51,400 bases of DNA from Leucoraja ocellata (lineage: Eukaryota). Shown here in pieces: positions 36,441 through 48,197 of the stretch (position 1 is its first letter; every line of letters begins with the position of its first letter). Under the pieces are notes generated by a model, which saw only the letters and a program-made list of their open reading frames with translations, had not been told where the DNA came from and did no database searches. The stretch lies in the NCBI GenBank assembly GCA_036785375.1, contig JAWMAR010004410.1, positions 1 to 51,400 on the forward strand. The letters run 5' to 3'. The translations under genes and the position numbers were made by a program.

Positions 36441-37240
36441 CCTAATTGAAAATAATATTATTTGTTAATTCATAGACAAACACAAAACTTGGCAAGCCAT
36501 TTTCAAAATTGGAATCAGGAACTACATTACAGGCAAATTTTTAAAATATGATTAGTATGTTGGAGTAGTGCAGAAATTTTGAGTGAGCGCCTTTTGGAAA
36601 TAAAAATTAAGACTTTTTATGGGAAATATTTAAATTAAGATAAAGAGATGCACTACAAAGTGGAAAAACAAGTAGTTCAACTATGTTCTGTCTTGCATTC
36701 TAGAGACATTGGGGTTTTTTTCTACAATTCTTTGAGTCTCTACGAGTCTTTCAAAATTATTGACCATTATAATAGAAAAGGAAATGATCTTGAACTTCTC
36801 TGCAGTGATCTTGAACTTGTTTGACCTACTGAAGTTAGGGAGGAATTCTGTAGAGGAAATTCATTTCTGGAAAAAGTGCAGCATGAATTCTCCACAAAGC
36901 CACCAGGACGTGGAATTGTTCATTAAGAGACAGGAAAGGAAAAGCCCTTTTATTTCTCTGCAACTCTGCAACGGTTAAAAGGATGAAAGGGTAAGTTGAA
37001 TTATGAGAGAGTGACATAACATTTCACAAGGGGAGCAGCAAGAAAGTTTTGAAGTGAAATTTGTTGAGAGTAAATTTAGAAAAAAAAAAGTCTAATTCTC
37101 TGTTTGCTATTAACAGTTTATGATGACTTTGAAAATAATTTAGTTGTTTGGAAAAAAGAGACCTTTAAATACAGCAGGTAGACAAAAAAGCTGGAGAAAC
37201 TCAGCAGGTGAGGCAGCATCTATGGAGAGAATGCATAGGC

Positions 37241-37268
37241 GACGTTTCGGGTCAAGACCCTTCTTCAG
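37241..37268 (-). ncRNA. Minimal hammerhead ribozyme-like motif within a Penelope-associated repeat
   Basis: Minus strand reads CUGAAGA-A-GGG(UCUUGA)CCC-GAAAC-GUC: conserved core, stem II, palindromic ACGU helix III and a GUC site. Confidence 0.55.
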
Positions 37269-39686
37269 ACTGATAATACAACAGTGAGACTGGATAATGT
37301 GGAGTCAATTTGATTTAATTGGGTTGATTGGATTTGATTGGACTTTTTCAAGTCGTATATGATTCTCGATATTAGGCTGCGTGACAGTTTATCTGCTCCC
37401 GAGCTTATTAAATGAATATGTGAAATTGAAGCTTGAATGCCATCAATGCCATTGGAATATTTTTCCTGCTGTGAATCTTATCACTGGCGTTTCTTTATTG
37501 TCACTGCTTTGCTATTTCTTTTCACTTGCTTCACTCAAGGCTAAATACACCATCCCCCATGCATTTCCTGTTTGGAATCACCCAAAAAAAATCCTCAAGA
37601 CAGCGGAATGCCTTGCCTTCCACTGCAGCACATTTAGAGTGCAATGTACAGGCCTTTGTTAACCAAAGCGTGATGTGTTCTGACCACTCGCTCTCCACAT
37701 TTCTCATCACCCAGATCGTTTCAACATAAATGTACAGTATTACTTCACCACAACTATAGATCTGAAAATTTAAACACGCAGATTTCTGAAAAAATGAAAT
37801 GCTGCTTTACAAAACAAGGCCAAGGTTAGAGGAAATTGGGTCCGAAATACATCCACCTTGATGTGGGAAGGAATCTATCGATGCTAATCCATTCTGGGCA
37901 ACGTGCAAGAGAGAATATTTAGCATATGTATTTTGGAAATTTTGTTCATAGCTGCAAGTTTGACTTGGGCCTGGATAGAGTGGATGTGGAGAGGACGTGT
38001 CCACTAGTAGGAGAATCTAGGGCTAGAGGTTATAGCCTCAGAATTAAAGGATGGTCCTTTAGGAAGGAGATGAGGAGAAATTTCATTTGTCAGAGCGTGG
38101 TGAATCTGCGGAATTTATTCCCACAGAGGACTGTGGAGGCCGGGTCAGTGGATATTTTTAAGGCAGAGATAGATAGATTCTTGATTAGTATGGGTGTCAG
38201 GAGTTATTGGAAGAAGGCAGGAGAATGGGGTTAGGAAGCATGGGGTTAGATGAATCAGCCATGATTGAATGGTAGACTGGCCTAATTCTGCTCCTTCACT
38301 GCTTATCCAGTTGCAGTATTTTCTTTTAAAATTTACAATATCTTGCACCTACAAAAAGTGAATATAAACTGAGTATAATAAATGCCTTCGGAGAAGACAA
38401 AAGATCGCCTGCCATTGTATTGTCCTTACTCTAAATCAAAGCAGATTTACTTTCCAATCTTTGACAGGATGGTCCAGATTTTGGCTTTTCGCATTTCTCC
38501 CTGAAAATGGTATGGTTTTCTTGACTGGGTTTCATCTTTCTGCTCTGCATTCCTCATTGGATGAGTTTCCTAACTCGACTAGGATTTAGTAAAAACCTGT
38601 ATTCTCTGGCAATGACCTTATCTGTTCCACCCTTTATGGTTTGGTGTATTGTTTATTTGGAGGGCAATTTGACTAACAGCCAGCGGATGGCCACAACAGG
38701 TTTTAAATCAGCAAATCTGACACTATTTACATGCAAAAGTAGAAAATTGCACTGAAATAGCAAAAAAAAATGGGAGCTAATGTATCAGCTACACATATAC
38801 TGAATATTGGCCAGATTATCTTGGTTGGTTTGGGGAAGATCTCATGCTATACTACCCATTTTGCACTGAAAAATCAAGTCGCATTTCTACACCAATAATG
38901 ATGATACTCAGTGAAAAATCAATTATTAAAAAATAGCTGAGTATCAAAATCCTACATGCATTCTAGGTCCCAAATTTTAAATAAAAGAAAATTATGTAGC
39001 AATTAAAAAATGAATAAAACAATTTACAAATATTTGTTATTGATTTGAATTTTAAAATATCTTGAAATTATGATTAAAGTAATCCTGCTAATTCAGATTT
39101 TGGCTTTTCCTGCTAGTCACTGAAGCAAATAAATTGGATTTTAATCACAGAAATATAGCATTGGTCCATTGATACATCATTTCTTCCATCTTAAAGAGAT
39201 TAAATGGTGTAATAGTGCAGGATTTGAAAAGTCCCAGTGTTCTACGCTCTAAGTTGTTCTTGTCAAAGAACAGAGGAAATAAAAAGTGGATGGAACAATA
39301 GCAGCCTTCATACAAGAAATCGCATTTCAGCTTGCTTGTGCAGTGAACTGTTACAAGAAACCAAAGTAAAAAAGAAATTTGCAAAGATTGGAAGGGACAG
39401 TGGCTTTACGCTTGCAGTTCTTATGCTTGGCCTGGTTTGGAGCTACAGTTGTACAATGTGGTTAACTGCAGCATTTGTAAGTGAGAGCATTGTGTGGTAT
39501 GCAGCTGGATGTGCCTTTTGTATAGCTCTGGTGACCACAATAAAAAATAGTAGTTCACTACAAATTGTCTATTTTTAAATTTTAATCATTTTATCTCAAC
39601 TATAAATAAAATATCATAACATTTTGGGTTTGGAGTGAGATATACAATCAGAGAAATCCTTTGCATAGTGTGCAATTTATATTTTA

Positions 39687-40230
39687 TTTTTATTTTTATT
39701 TTTTTTGTGTTTATTTTATTAGAAGTTAATACAGCACAAAACAGTACAGTGGAACCTAATTTTAGGTGCCAACTATGTAATACCGTAATCCATTCTATGT
39801 ACAACCTCTAGTTTTATGTTATAAGAAGGAAGTAAGCAGGACAAGAAAAAGAAAATAATAGAAAGGGGAAAAAGTGGAAAAATAGATGGTAGAGAGTAGA
39901 AAAACATGAAGTGTGTATATAAAAAATAAAAAAAGGAAGAGAGAAAGTGGAAAGTAGAAATAGAAGAGAAGGCCCCTTAAAAGAGAATTTTTCAAATCTG
40001 TATTCGGAGATGTAGATCTATCCGCGTCATGAACTGAAATCAGCAATCCTTACGGTACCGCTGCATCACATGATTCCAAAAAGTCGATGAAAGGAGACCA
40101 ACTCCTTAAGAATTGGTCATATTTATCTATTAGTCGGAGTCTCATTTCTTCAAGGCGTGCTATGTCCATCATATTCCTAATCCACATTTTAACAGTTGGT
40201 GTGGTTGTATTTTTCCAAAATTTAAGTATC
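39687..40230 (-). mobile_element. 5'-truncated L1-clade LINE with 15-bp TSD
   Basis: TSD GCAATTTATATTTTA (39672-39686, 40231-40245) and an A-rich tail. Minus strand encodes ILKFWKNTTTPTVKMW...LEEMRL...FLRSWSPFIDF, resembling the L1 ORF2 C-terminus. Confidence 0.85.
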
Positions 40231-40671
40231 GCAATTTATATTTTAAACAAATTAATTTGGGATAATATTTTTTACTTAAATACTAAATGTTGCTTGGCCT
40301 TTTTTCGAATCATTTCAATTTGTTACCTATTATCACAGATAAATATCATGCAACAAAAGCTTTGTGACAAAAAAAAGCTTGATAATTCTAATATGAATTA
40401 TTAAAATTATTCAAAGAAGATCTAAAATAAATTAGGATGGATTCAAAGTAAACAGGATATAACATTTTCCAAATTTTGAGAAGAATCTTTTTGAGAGGTT
40501 CTTGTTGCGACCCATCACAAGTTACCACAGATACAATTTACTGCATGAAGGCTATGGAACAGTGCTCTTCTTATTTTTATTCTTTGAAAATAAGATGAAT
40601 TTACTATGTGCAATGCCACAATTTATCAATTACTTTATTCACTGAAATGGTGAATTTATACCTGTAACCTG

Positions 40672-40937
40672 ATTCGAACTTGGAGATTTATAGTAATGGC
40701 CACTCGTCGGTACTCGGGGCTCTCGTGGACATTTTTCATCATGTTGAAAAATCTTCACAAGTCTTCCCATGCTTACCTGCTGTTAGAAGTCTTTCCGAGT
40801 ACCTGCCGTTAGCACTAAGAGACGCCCCCGAGCTCCAACATACCCGCTACGTTCATTCTCCATGCTTACCACGAGTTCGATTTTTTTTTAAACTCGGGAG
40901 AGCTCTTGAAATGAACTCGCACTGTGGGACAGGGCTA
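40672..40937. mobile_element. Truncated relative of the Harbinger-type MITE at 442-1011
   Basis: Right end CTGTGGGACAGGGCT and internal CATTTTTCA..ATGTTGAAAAAT resemble the first element. No left TIR is seen. Confidence 0.45.
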
Positions 40938-41411
40938 ATACTCCCGGTATATTAGGCATTTGAAAAGCCTCTATGATATTCTCAGTGTATTTTATAACAT
41001 TTTTACAATGGTCGGGTTTTTTTCCTGAATTGTTGCCACTGGTGTTCAGCATGGAAGCATGATGATAATTAGTTTTCAAGATATATTCAATTGTACAATG
41101 GATGACTGCATAATCTGATTTGCTACTGATGATTGAATGAGGAAACAAAACCTTTTGCTGTTAGTTAGTTTGTACCACATGGTTTTGTGAATTCATCTCA
41201 GCAGGAAGTCTTTATGTAATGTTTCCTCTGCTTATGGCAACAAGGCAGCATGCAGTTACACTGAAGTATCAAGCGGCACTTGGGTCTGCAGAAGGACTTC
41301 TCACATCGTGTTATAAGGATGATACTATTATCAAACAGGCCAATTATGACTTTACAAATAATTAACAAGGAAGTGCTAATGCTATTGCTGAAGATAGTAT
41401 GCAAATAAGGC

Positions 41412-41624
41412 TTGGTCTACCCATTCCACAAGCTCCCATTGGTCTGCCCATTCCACAAGCTCCCATTGGTCTGCCCATTCCACAAGCTCCCATTGGTCTG
41501 CCCATTCCACAAGCTCCCATTTGCCTGCCCATTCCACAAGATCCCATTGGCCTGCCCATTCCACAAGCTCCCATTGGCCTGCCCATTCCACAAGCTCCCA
41601 TTGGCCTGCCCATTCCACAAGCTC
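41412..41624. repeat. 27-bp minisatellite, about 8 copies (TTGGYCTGCCCATTCCACAAGCTCCCA)
   Basis: Head-to-tail units are directly visible, with no spacers. Confidence 0.95.
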
Positions 41625-44236
41625 AGACAGCATTAAAAATTTGGTAATCCTATTTTAAAGTGTTAAAGAGTCATGTAGCATGGAAACAGACCCATCGGCC
41701 TAACTTGCCCATGCTAACCAAGATGCTCCATCTTCACAAGTCCCACCTGCCCATGTTTGGCTCTCTAAACCTTTCCTATCCATGTACATATTTGCTGTGT
41801 GTTCTGTGTGTTCACTATCATTGACACCATAAGTGTTATTGGATGAGTGTCTTGGTTTGTCTTAAGCATTCCTGTGAGTTACTCCAGCACTTTGTGTCCT
41901 TTTGTGTAAACCAACATCTGCAATCCCTTGTTTTTACACTGAGAATTCTGCTGGACTGGACTTGGAAGGACCCAAGATACAGTAGAAAGGCTGATGTGGG
42001 AAGCAGAGGGCAGCTGAGTGACTGTCAATACAAACAGATACTGTAGTTAACAAAGTTGCTTGAGTGGAATACTTGTTCTAGTTTGCGTTAGGTTCTGAAG
42101 ATGGTAGAAACATTACTCACTCTCTGAGCAATCACCTCTGCTTGTTGGGCTAATTGCTTACAGATATTGTGAAGTGCCTTTCAACATTTTGTACTACAAT
42201 GAATAATCGTACCATTTCCTGGCAGTGCATCGAAATAATAATAACTTGTCAAACAGCCTTCTGGTGGACTAAAGAACATATAATCATGCATTATCTTGTT
42301 CTGTGTGAAATTATACTTACTTTACTTAATCTCTTTAAATTAAGAACATTAAATCATTGTAGCTGTTTGCTGCATAATCTATACAACATGTTTATGACAC
42401 TCCCAAGTTTGGGTGCAATAGGTTTGTCAGAGAATTGGCCACAGTATTATGGTTCTTAACATGTTCATTAAATGAAAACTCCTGAATTCTCCGAGTATAT
42501 TAGTCTAGTTACAACCAAAGCATGAAAGACGGCCGGATAAGTCTCTAGGGAAAAGTACTTTCAAATTAATTCATTTTTGATTACATCTTATCTATTGTCT
42601 TCATAATTTTATATTACCTTCATGGGCGTAGTCGACCATCATATCCTGGTTTCACTTCCCTCTTAAACCAGCGAAGACTCAGCTACAAGGAGTTGTAGGA
42701 GTCGTTTTGTGACAATTCAACTGTGCAAGTGTTTCTCCGTGTTTGCTGAACCCATATGATGCTCCACATCTACATATTCAGTCAAACATAGAGGATGCAT
42801 GGATTTGAGTCAGTTAAGACAGTGACCCCAGCAATGAGTCAAGAGACCCGGGCTTCATGAACAGATACTTTATGATACACGAAAGCTATTATCAAGCACA
42901 ATCGTCTAGCAGGATAGCAGTGAAGACTATTTTTAGAAGCATGGTTATATTATTGTGGTCTAAAGCAGCCTTTAGTAGGAATTGTAACAAATTGATACTC
43001 TATTGACAAAATGCATTCTGGTAATAAATAGAACTTTAAAAAAAAAAGCGATGGAAAAGATGGACTGTAAAGCTAAAATATGATTACTATGGTAATTAAA
43101 GTACATTTGAACCTAATATTTTAATAATTTAAAATATAGGTCTGGTTGAATATTGTTTTCAGTTTGTTGGCTTCATTTTTGTTTTAGTGATTGTTCCCAA
43201 TATTCAGCCTAGCTGCATGAGCACCTGTGTTGGAGATTATTATACCTTGAAACTGGCAAATGGCTTTCGATGCATACTACGATAAAGCCTTTGTTTTCGA
43301 TCTGAATAACCTAGAACAGAGAACTTTCTTCAGTGAAAAGCTCCAAGAAAGTTGGGATTACGTATTCATTCTATTGTTTCAATCATGTTATAGGAGTAAT
43401 CCAAAAAGTTATTGGATACGGATTTTTAGATCTAGAAGTCATTGAGGTAGCAGCTTAGTTTATTGTTTATTATCATGTGTACCGAGGTACAGTGAAAAGC
43501 TCATGTTGCCTGCTAACCAGTCAGCGGAAAGACAATACGTGATTACAATTGAACCATCCACAGTCTTATCCAAAAGTTATACCTCAGTTATATACTTGCA
43601 TTGATGACTGATCTGCAGAAGTACAATGGGCAGTTTTGCGGAACACTCCTAAATTGCCCTCTGCGACGTACAAGATCGTTATTGATTCTTTATGCCCAAC
43701 AAAGTCAATTTGCAGAATATATGGACAAATACTCTTGGTGCACAAGAAGACCAAGGTGCAAACTTTTGATTCAAGGGTTTCTCAAGGAATTCCTCTTTGG
43801 AATTCACTCTGGATATCATGACAGCCCAGAGAGCAGTTAATCACATGGCACAACGTTGGTAGTCTAAAGTAACAAATATTGTTCATCGTCAATAATATAC
43901 ACACTTCATACTGAGATGTGAATCTGTGTAACTTTATCGGAATGGAATCTGGATTTCCCAATTTTAACGAGAAGCGAGTGAGCAAACTAGTACTGAATTA
44001 ATTAAAACTGTGGAAGATGCAGGTTGACATTGCCCTTCGTGTTGAACGTCTCCAGAGTAGGATGCAAGCCCACAGCCTTCTGACAAAGTGTTACCAAAGT
44101 GATGCTTTCTACTGAGGGAGCAAAAAGCCAATGCTAATGATACCTCAGGAGTGACTGATCTAATAATCACAACTGACAAGCTGTGTTGAAATTAGCATTC
44201 GATTGTCAAATACATGTTTTCTTTCCCTTTCCCCAG

Positions 44237-44264
44237 ATCCAGTCAATGTAACCATTGAGCTGAG
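44237..44264 (+). CDS. Candidate cytoplasmic micro-exon of copy B (DPVNVTIEL[R/S])
   Basis: Strong acceptor TTTTCTTTCCCTTTCCCCAG| and donor GAG|GTAAGA. Only the phase-1 frame, which matches the TM exon, is open. Confidence 0.55.
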
Positions 44265-47254
44265 GTAAGAACTTTGATTTAATTTTAACATTATGTGAAA
44301 ACATTTGATTAATATATTTATAATATTGTACAGTTTGTTTAATTATTTCACATTCCACCAGATCACTCAAGTACTAATTTATATCATTCCCAGAACCCCA
44401 AATTCTACTGAAATGCAGTAAATGAGAAGTTGATGCTAACAGTGTCAGAAAATTACTGCAAACCTTCATGATTTAACATATCTCAGAAGTAAAAGTTGAT
44501 GTGTAACAACATAAATCAGTGTAGGGGTCTATGAAAAGCTTCATTTGTCCATGTTTATTCTACACGCCCAATTCTTATGTTTGTTATCCACAGAAAATAT
44601 AAGAAAATGTAATTGAAAACCTCCAAAGGGAACAACGCCTAACCAAAATGCGTGACAATGAGATGGGTGTTTCCCAGTGGGTGATAGAATTAATGTTTTC
44701 AATTGGAATTAGAGGAAGAACTAAAGACAATGTAAAGGCATTAATTGCACTGACAAAACACTGGTAGTTCAGAATATTTCACTTTCACTATCACCAGTCT
44801 CCAGATGCAACTCTGTATGCATTGCTGAGGTGTCCAACAGTTGTCTTCCAAACATCTTACTACACTTTAATCCCTGAGAATATTTCCCATCTGAGAGTCC
44901 AAGCATTAGGTGTCTTTCAGGCTTAGTGTATTTTTTCAATCTCTCAACCCCTGTTGCACCAGAGCCCAAAATACCTAAGATGAACAATGATTAGAAATGT
45001 CACAACTGCTATCACTGTTAGCTGCACTACCCGATGATGACTCTAAACTGTGCCTGGTCAAGTTTTTTGTTGGACGATCAGTAATACCGCTCGAACATTC
45101 AGTCAGCTCATCAGCAACTTGGAGTTTTTTTATTCGTTGCTAATTTTAACAACACTAATTTGGTCAAATGATGGGATTTAATACTTTCAAGAGAGGAAAA
45201 TCCTTATGTCCCATTCCCATTAATAAATGTTATTCTTCAATGGCTTTACATTAAACACCATTTACTCATTTCAAATGGGTGACATAACCATGGTAAGTGC
45301 TCTGGATGTAATTGAATACATAGTAAAAAGATGATGAATTACTCTGTATGGAAAGGAAGTCTGGACAAAGGTGACAGACTGTGCAGTATGACATTGGCTG
45401 GTAACATTGTTCAAGCCATAAAGCACAACATGGTTGTGGGAATTGTGCAAGTTATTAAAATGCATAAGACTGTTACTTTTCTACCACGTATACAATGTCA
45501 TTAGACAATAGAAGAATGAAATAAGGCTAATAGTATTCTCTTTTAAAATTATTTCTATCTTGTATTGATTTTGTCTTTTTTTATTTCTATCTGTTCAAGT
45601 CCTGAAAACATGCACAGGGATGAAAACTGCAACAAGGAGTTAGGTATGTATATTATATGCAACTGTGTTTAGTTTAGTTTAGAGATACAGCATGGAAGCA
45701 GGCCCTTAGGCCCACTGAGCCTGCACAGACCAACAAACACCTGTACACAAGTTCTACCCTACACATGAAGGACAATTTACAGAAGCCAATTAACCTACAA
45801 ACCTGCACGTCTTTGGAATGTGTGAGGAAACCGGAGCAACTGGACGTAACCAAAGTGGTCACAGGGTGAATGTCCAAACTCCATACAGACAGCACCCGTG
45901 GTCAGGATCGAACCAGTGTGTCTGGTGTTGTATCAGACAGAGTACACTAACTATTCAATGTCAATTGTGAAAAGTTCAACTGTACATGTGAGACCAAAAG
46001 AGCATTGAACTAAAATGTAATCAGCGGGTTAACGCTTCTTCAGCAGTTCTAAAGGATACAACTTTATTTGGACCAGTATCTGAGAGTCCAAGCATTAGTC
46101 ATTGTCCATTATCTCAACCCCCATGCCCAGCTTTCCTCAAAACCATCCCACCTCAATCCTGATCATCAGCCCAGAGCCTCGACTCCTACCCCGTCCTAGC
46201 ACCACCACCCATCTAAAACAACAGCCTGGCAGATAATATGAAACAGGACATAAATTACAGCAAAACGTGACATTGGTAGATAACATAATACAAGCATTAA
46301 ACTGATGGAAGATTGTGGTTATTATGCAAGTTACTAGGCAAAACAGTAGGGAATGGAGAGATATGGATTACATGGAGGTAGAGAAGAGATGGTCTGCCAT
46401 CATGTCGGCACAGACATCATGGGCCACAAGGCCTGTTCTTGTGCTGTCCTGTGTTCTATGTGGTAAGTGTAGCATGCTTCAGACAATGTGGGTGACTCTT
46501 GACATTTGGCTCTCCTACATTTCAATAATTTTCCTCAAAACATTTCTTGACTTGTAATTGGAATTTATTTCTCTGATCAGTCAACAGCATTGTATGAGGC
46601 AGTTTACAGATTGGTAAAAGGCTAATAAGGTGGGCCTTGGTCTTATACCTCCTGGCAATGCTTATCTTCCTGAGAAGCTGGTGTATAACAGCTAGTAAGG
46701 GCTAACCCTGAGGGTCCTTCAGGAAAATGGGATTCTCTTCAATTGGAAGCATGTAGGTTTCCTCCCACATCCCAGAGACGTGCAGGTTTGTAGGCTAGGT
46801 GACTTCTGTAAATTGCCCCAAATGTTTAAAGAGCGAGGAAGAGAGTGGGATAACCTAGAACTAGTGGGAATGGGAGAGCAATAATCAGCCTGGCCTCGAT
46901 GGGCCAAAGGGCCTGTTTGCATGCTGCATCCCGAAAACTAAAACTAAATTAAAAACCATCACACTGTGGACACTGGGGAGAACTCCAGAGGAGTACTTGA
47001 ACACGTATGGGGAAGATAGGTATTAAGCAGATGCACGTTCATTGATTTTGGGGTTTTTTCGCAGTAGGTGGATGCATAAATGTGATCTACTATGTGGTCT
47101 GAAATATAGTCACAGTGACATATAGCATGGTAACTACCCTTTGACCCTACTTGCCCATGACAACTGAAGTGCCCCAGCTACACTAGTCCCACCCGCCGGC
47201 ATTTGCCCCATATACCTCTACCTTCCCTGTCCATGTACAAGTTCAAATACCTAT

Positions 47255-48197
47255 TCATGATTTAGATGAAGGAATTAAAAGTAGCATTAGCAAATTTGCA
47301 GATGACACAAAGCTGGGTGGCAGTGTGACTGTGAAGAGGATGCTATGAGGATGCAGGATGACTTGGATAGGTTGGGTGAGTGGGCAGATGCAGTATAATG
47401 TGGATACATGTGAGGATATCCACTTTGGTGGCAAGAACAAGAAGGCAGATCATTATCTGAATGGTGTCAGATTAGGTAAAGGGGAAGTGCAATGAGACCT
47501 GGGTGTCCTTGTTCATCAGTCAATGAAAGTAAGCATTCAGTTGCAGCAGGCAGTGAAGAATGTGAATGGCATGTTGGCCTTCATAATGAGAGGATTTGAG
47601 TATATGAGCAAAGAGGTACTTCTGCAGTTGTATAGGGCCCTGGTGAGACCACACCTGAAGTATTGCGTGCAGTTTTGGTCTACAATTTTGAGGAAGGACA
47701 TTCTTGCTATTGAGGAAGTGCAGCATAAATTCACACGGATGGCAGGACTGTCATATGATGAAAGAATGGAACGACTGGGCTTGTATTCACTGGAATTTAG
47801 GATGAGAGGTGATCTTATAGAAACATATAAAATTATTAAGGGATTGGGCACGCTAGATGTAGGCAACATGGTCCCGATGTTGGGGGAGTCCAGAACCAGG
47901 GGCTACAGTTTAAGAAGGGGTGGGCCATTTAGAACTGAGATGAGGAAACACATTTTCAACCAGAGAGTTGTGAATTTGTGGAATTCTCTGCCTCAGAAGG
48001 CAGTGGAAGCCGACTCACTGGATGCATTCAAAAGAGAGTTAGATAGAACTCTTAGGGCTAGCGGAATCAAGGGATATGGGGAGAAGGCAGGAATGGGGCA
48101 CTGAATGTGGATGATCAGCCGCGATCACATTGAATGGCGGTGCTGGCTCGAAGGGCCAAATGGCCTACTCCTGCACCTATTTTCTATGTAACTATGT
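47255..48197 (+). mobile_element. CR1 LINE 3' portion (RT with FADD motif), disrupted
   Basis: ISKFADDTKLGG, LYRALVRPHL and the conserved 3' UTR with CTATGT tail. Confidence 0.9.

Larger units (their letters stand above)
24626..39016 (+). repeat. Segmental tandem duplication, copy B
   Basis: Collinear with 6675-21272. Confidence 0.93.

Noticed and set aside
36476-36555. Cytoplasmic exon of copy B (DKHKTWQAIFKIG...)
   Set aside because: The acceptor is weak, there is no good GT donor and there is no recognisable motif, so it is not supportable.
6675-39016. Duplication as a pure haplotype/assembly artefact
   Set aside because: Copy-specific transposon insertions in both copies and about 16% TM-exon divergence exceed what I would expect of alleles. 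Long reads are still needed for formal exclusion.
41412-41624. CRISPR array or repeat-protein ORFs
   Set aside because: Units are head-to-tail with no unique spacers, in a vertebrate context. The six-frame ORFs arise from a stop-free 27-bp unit.
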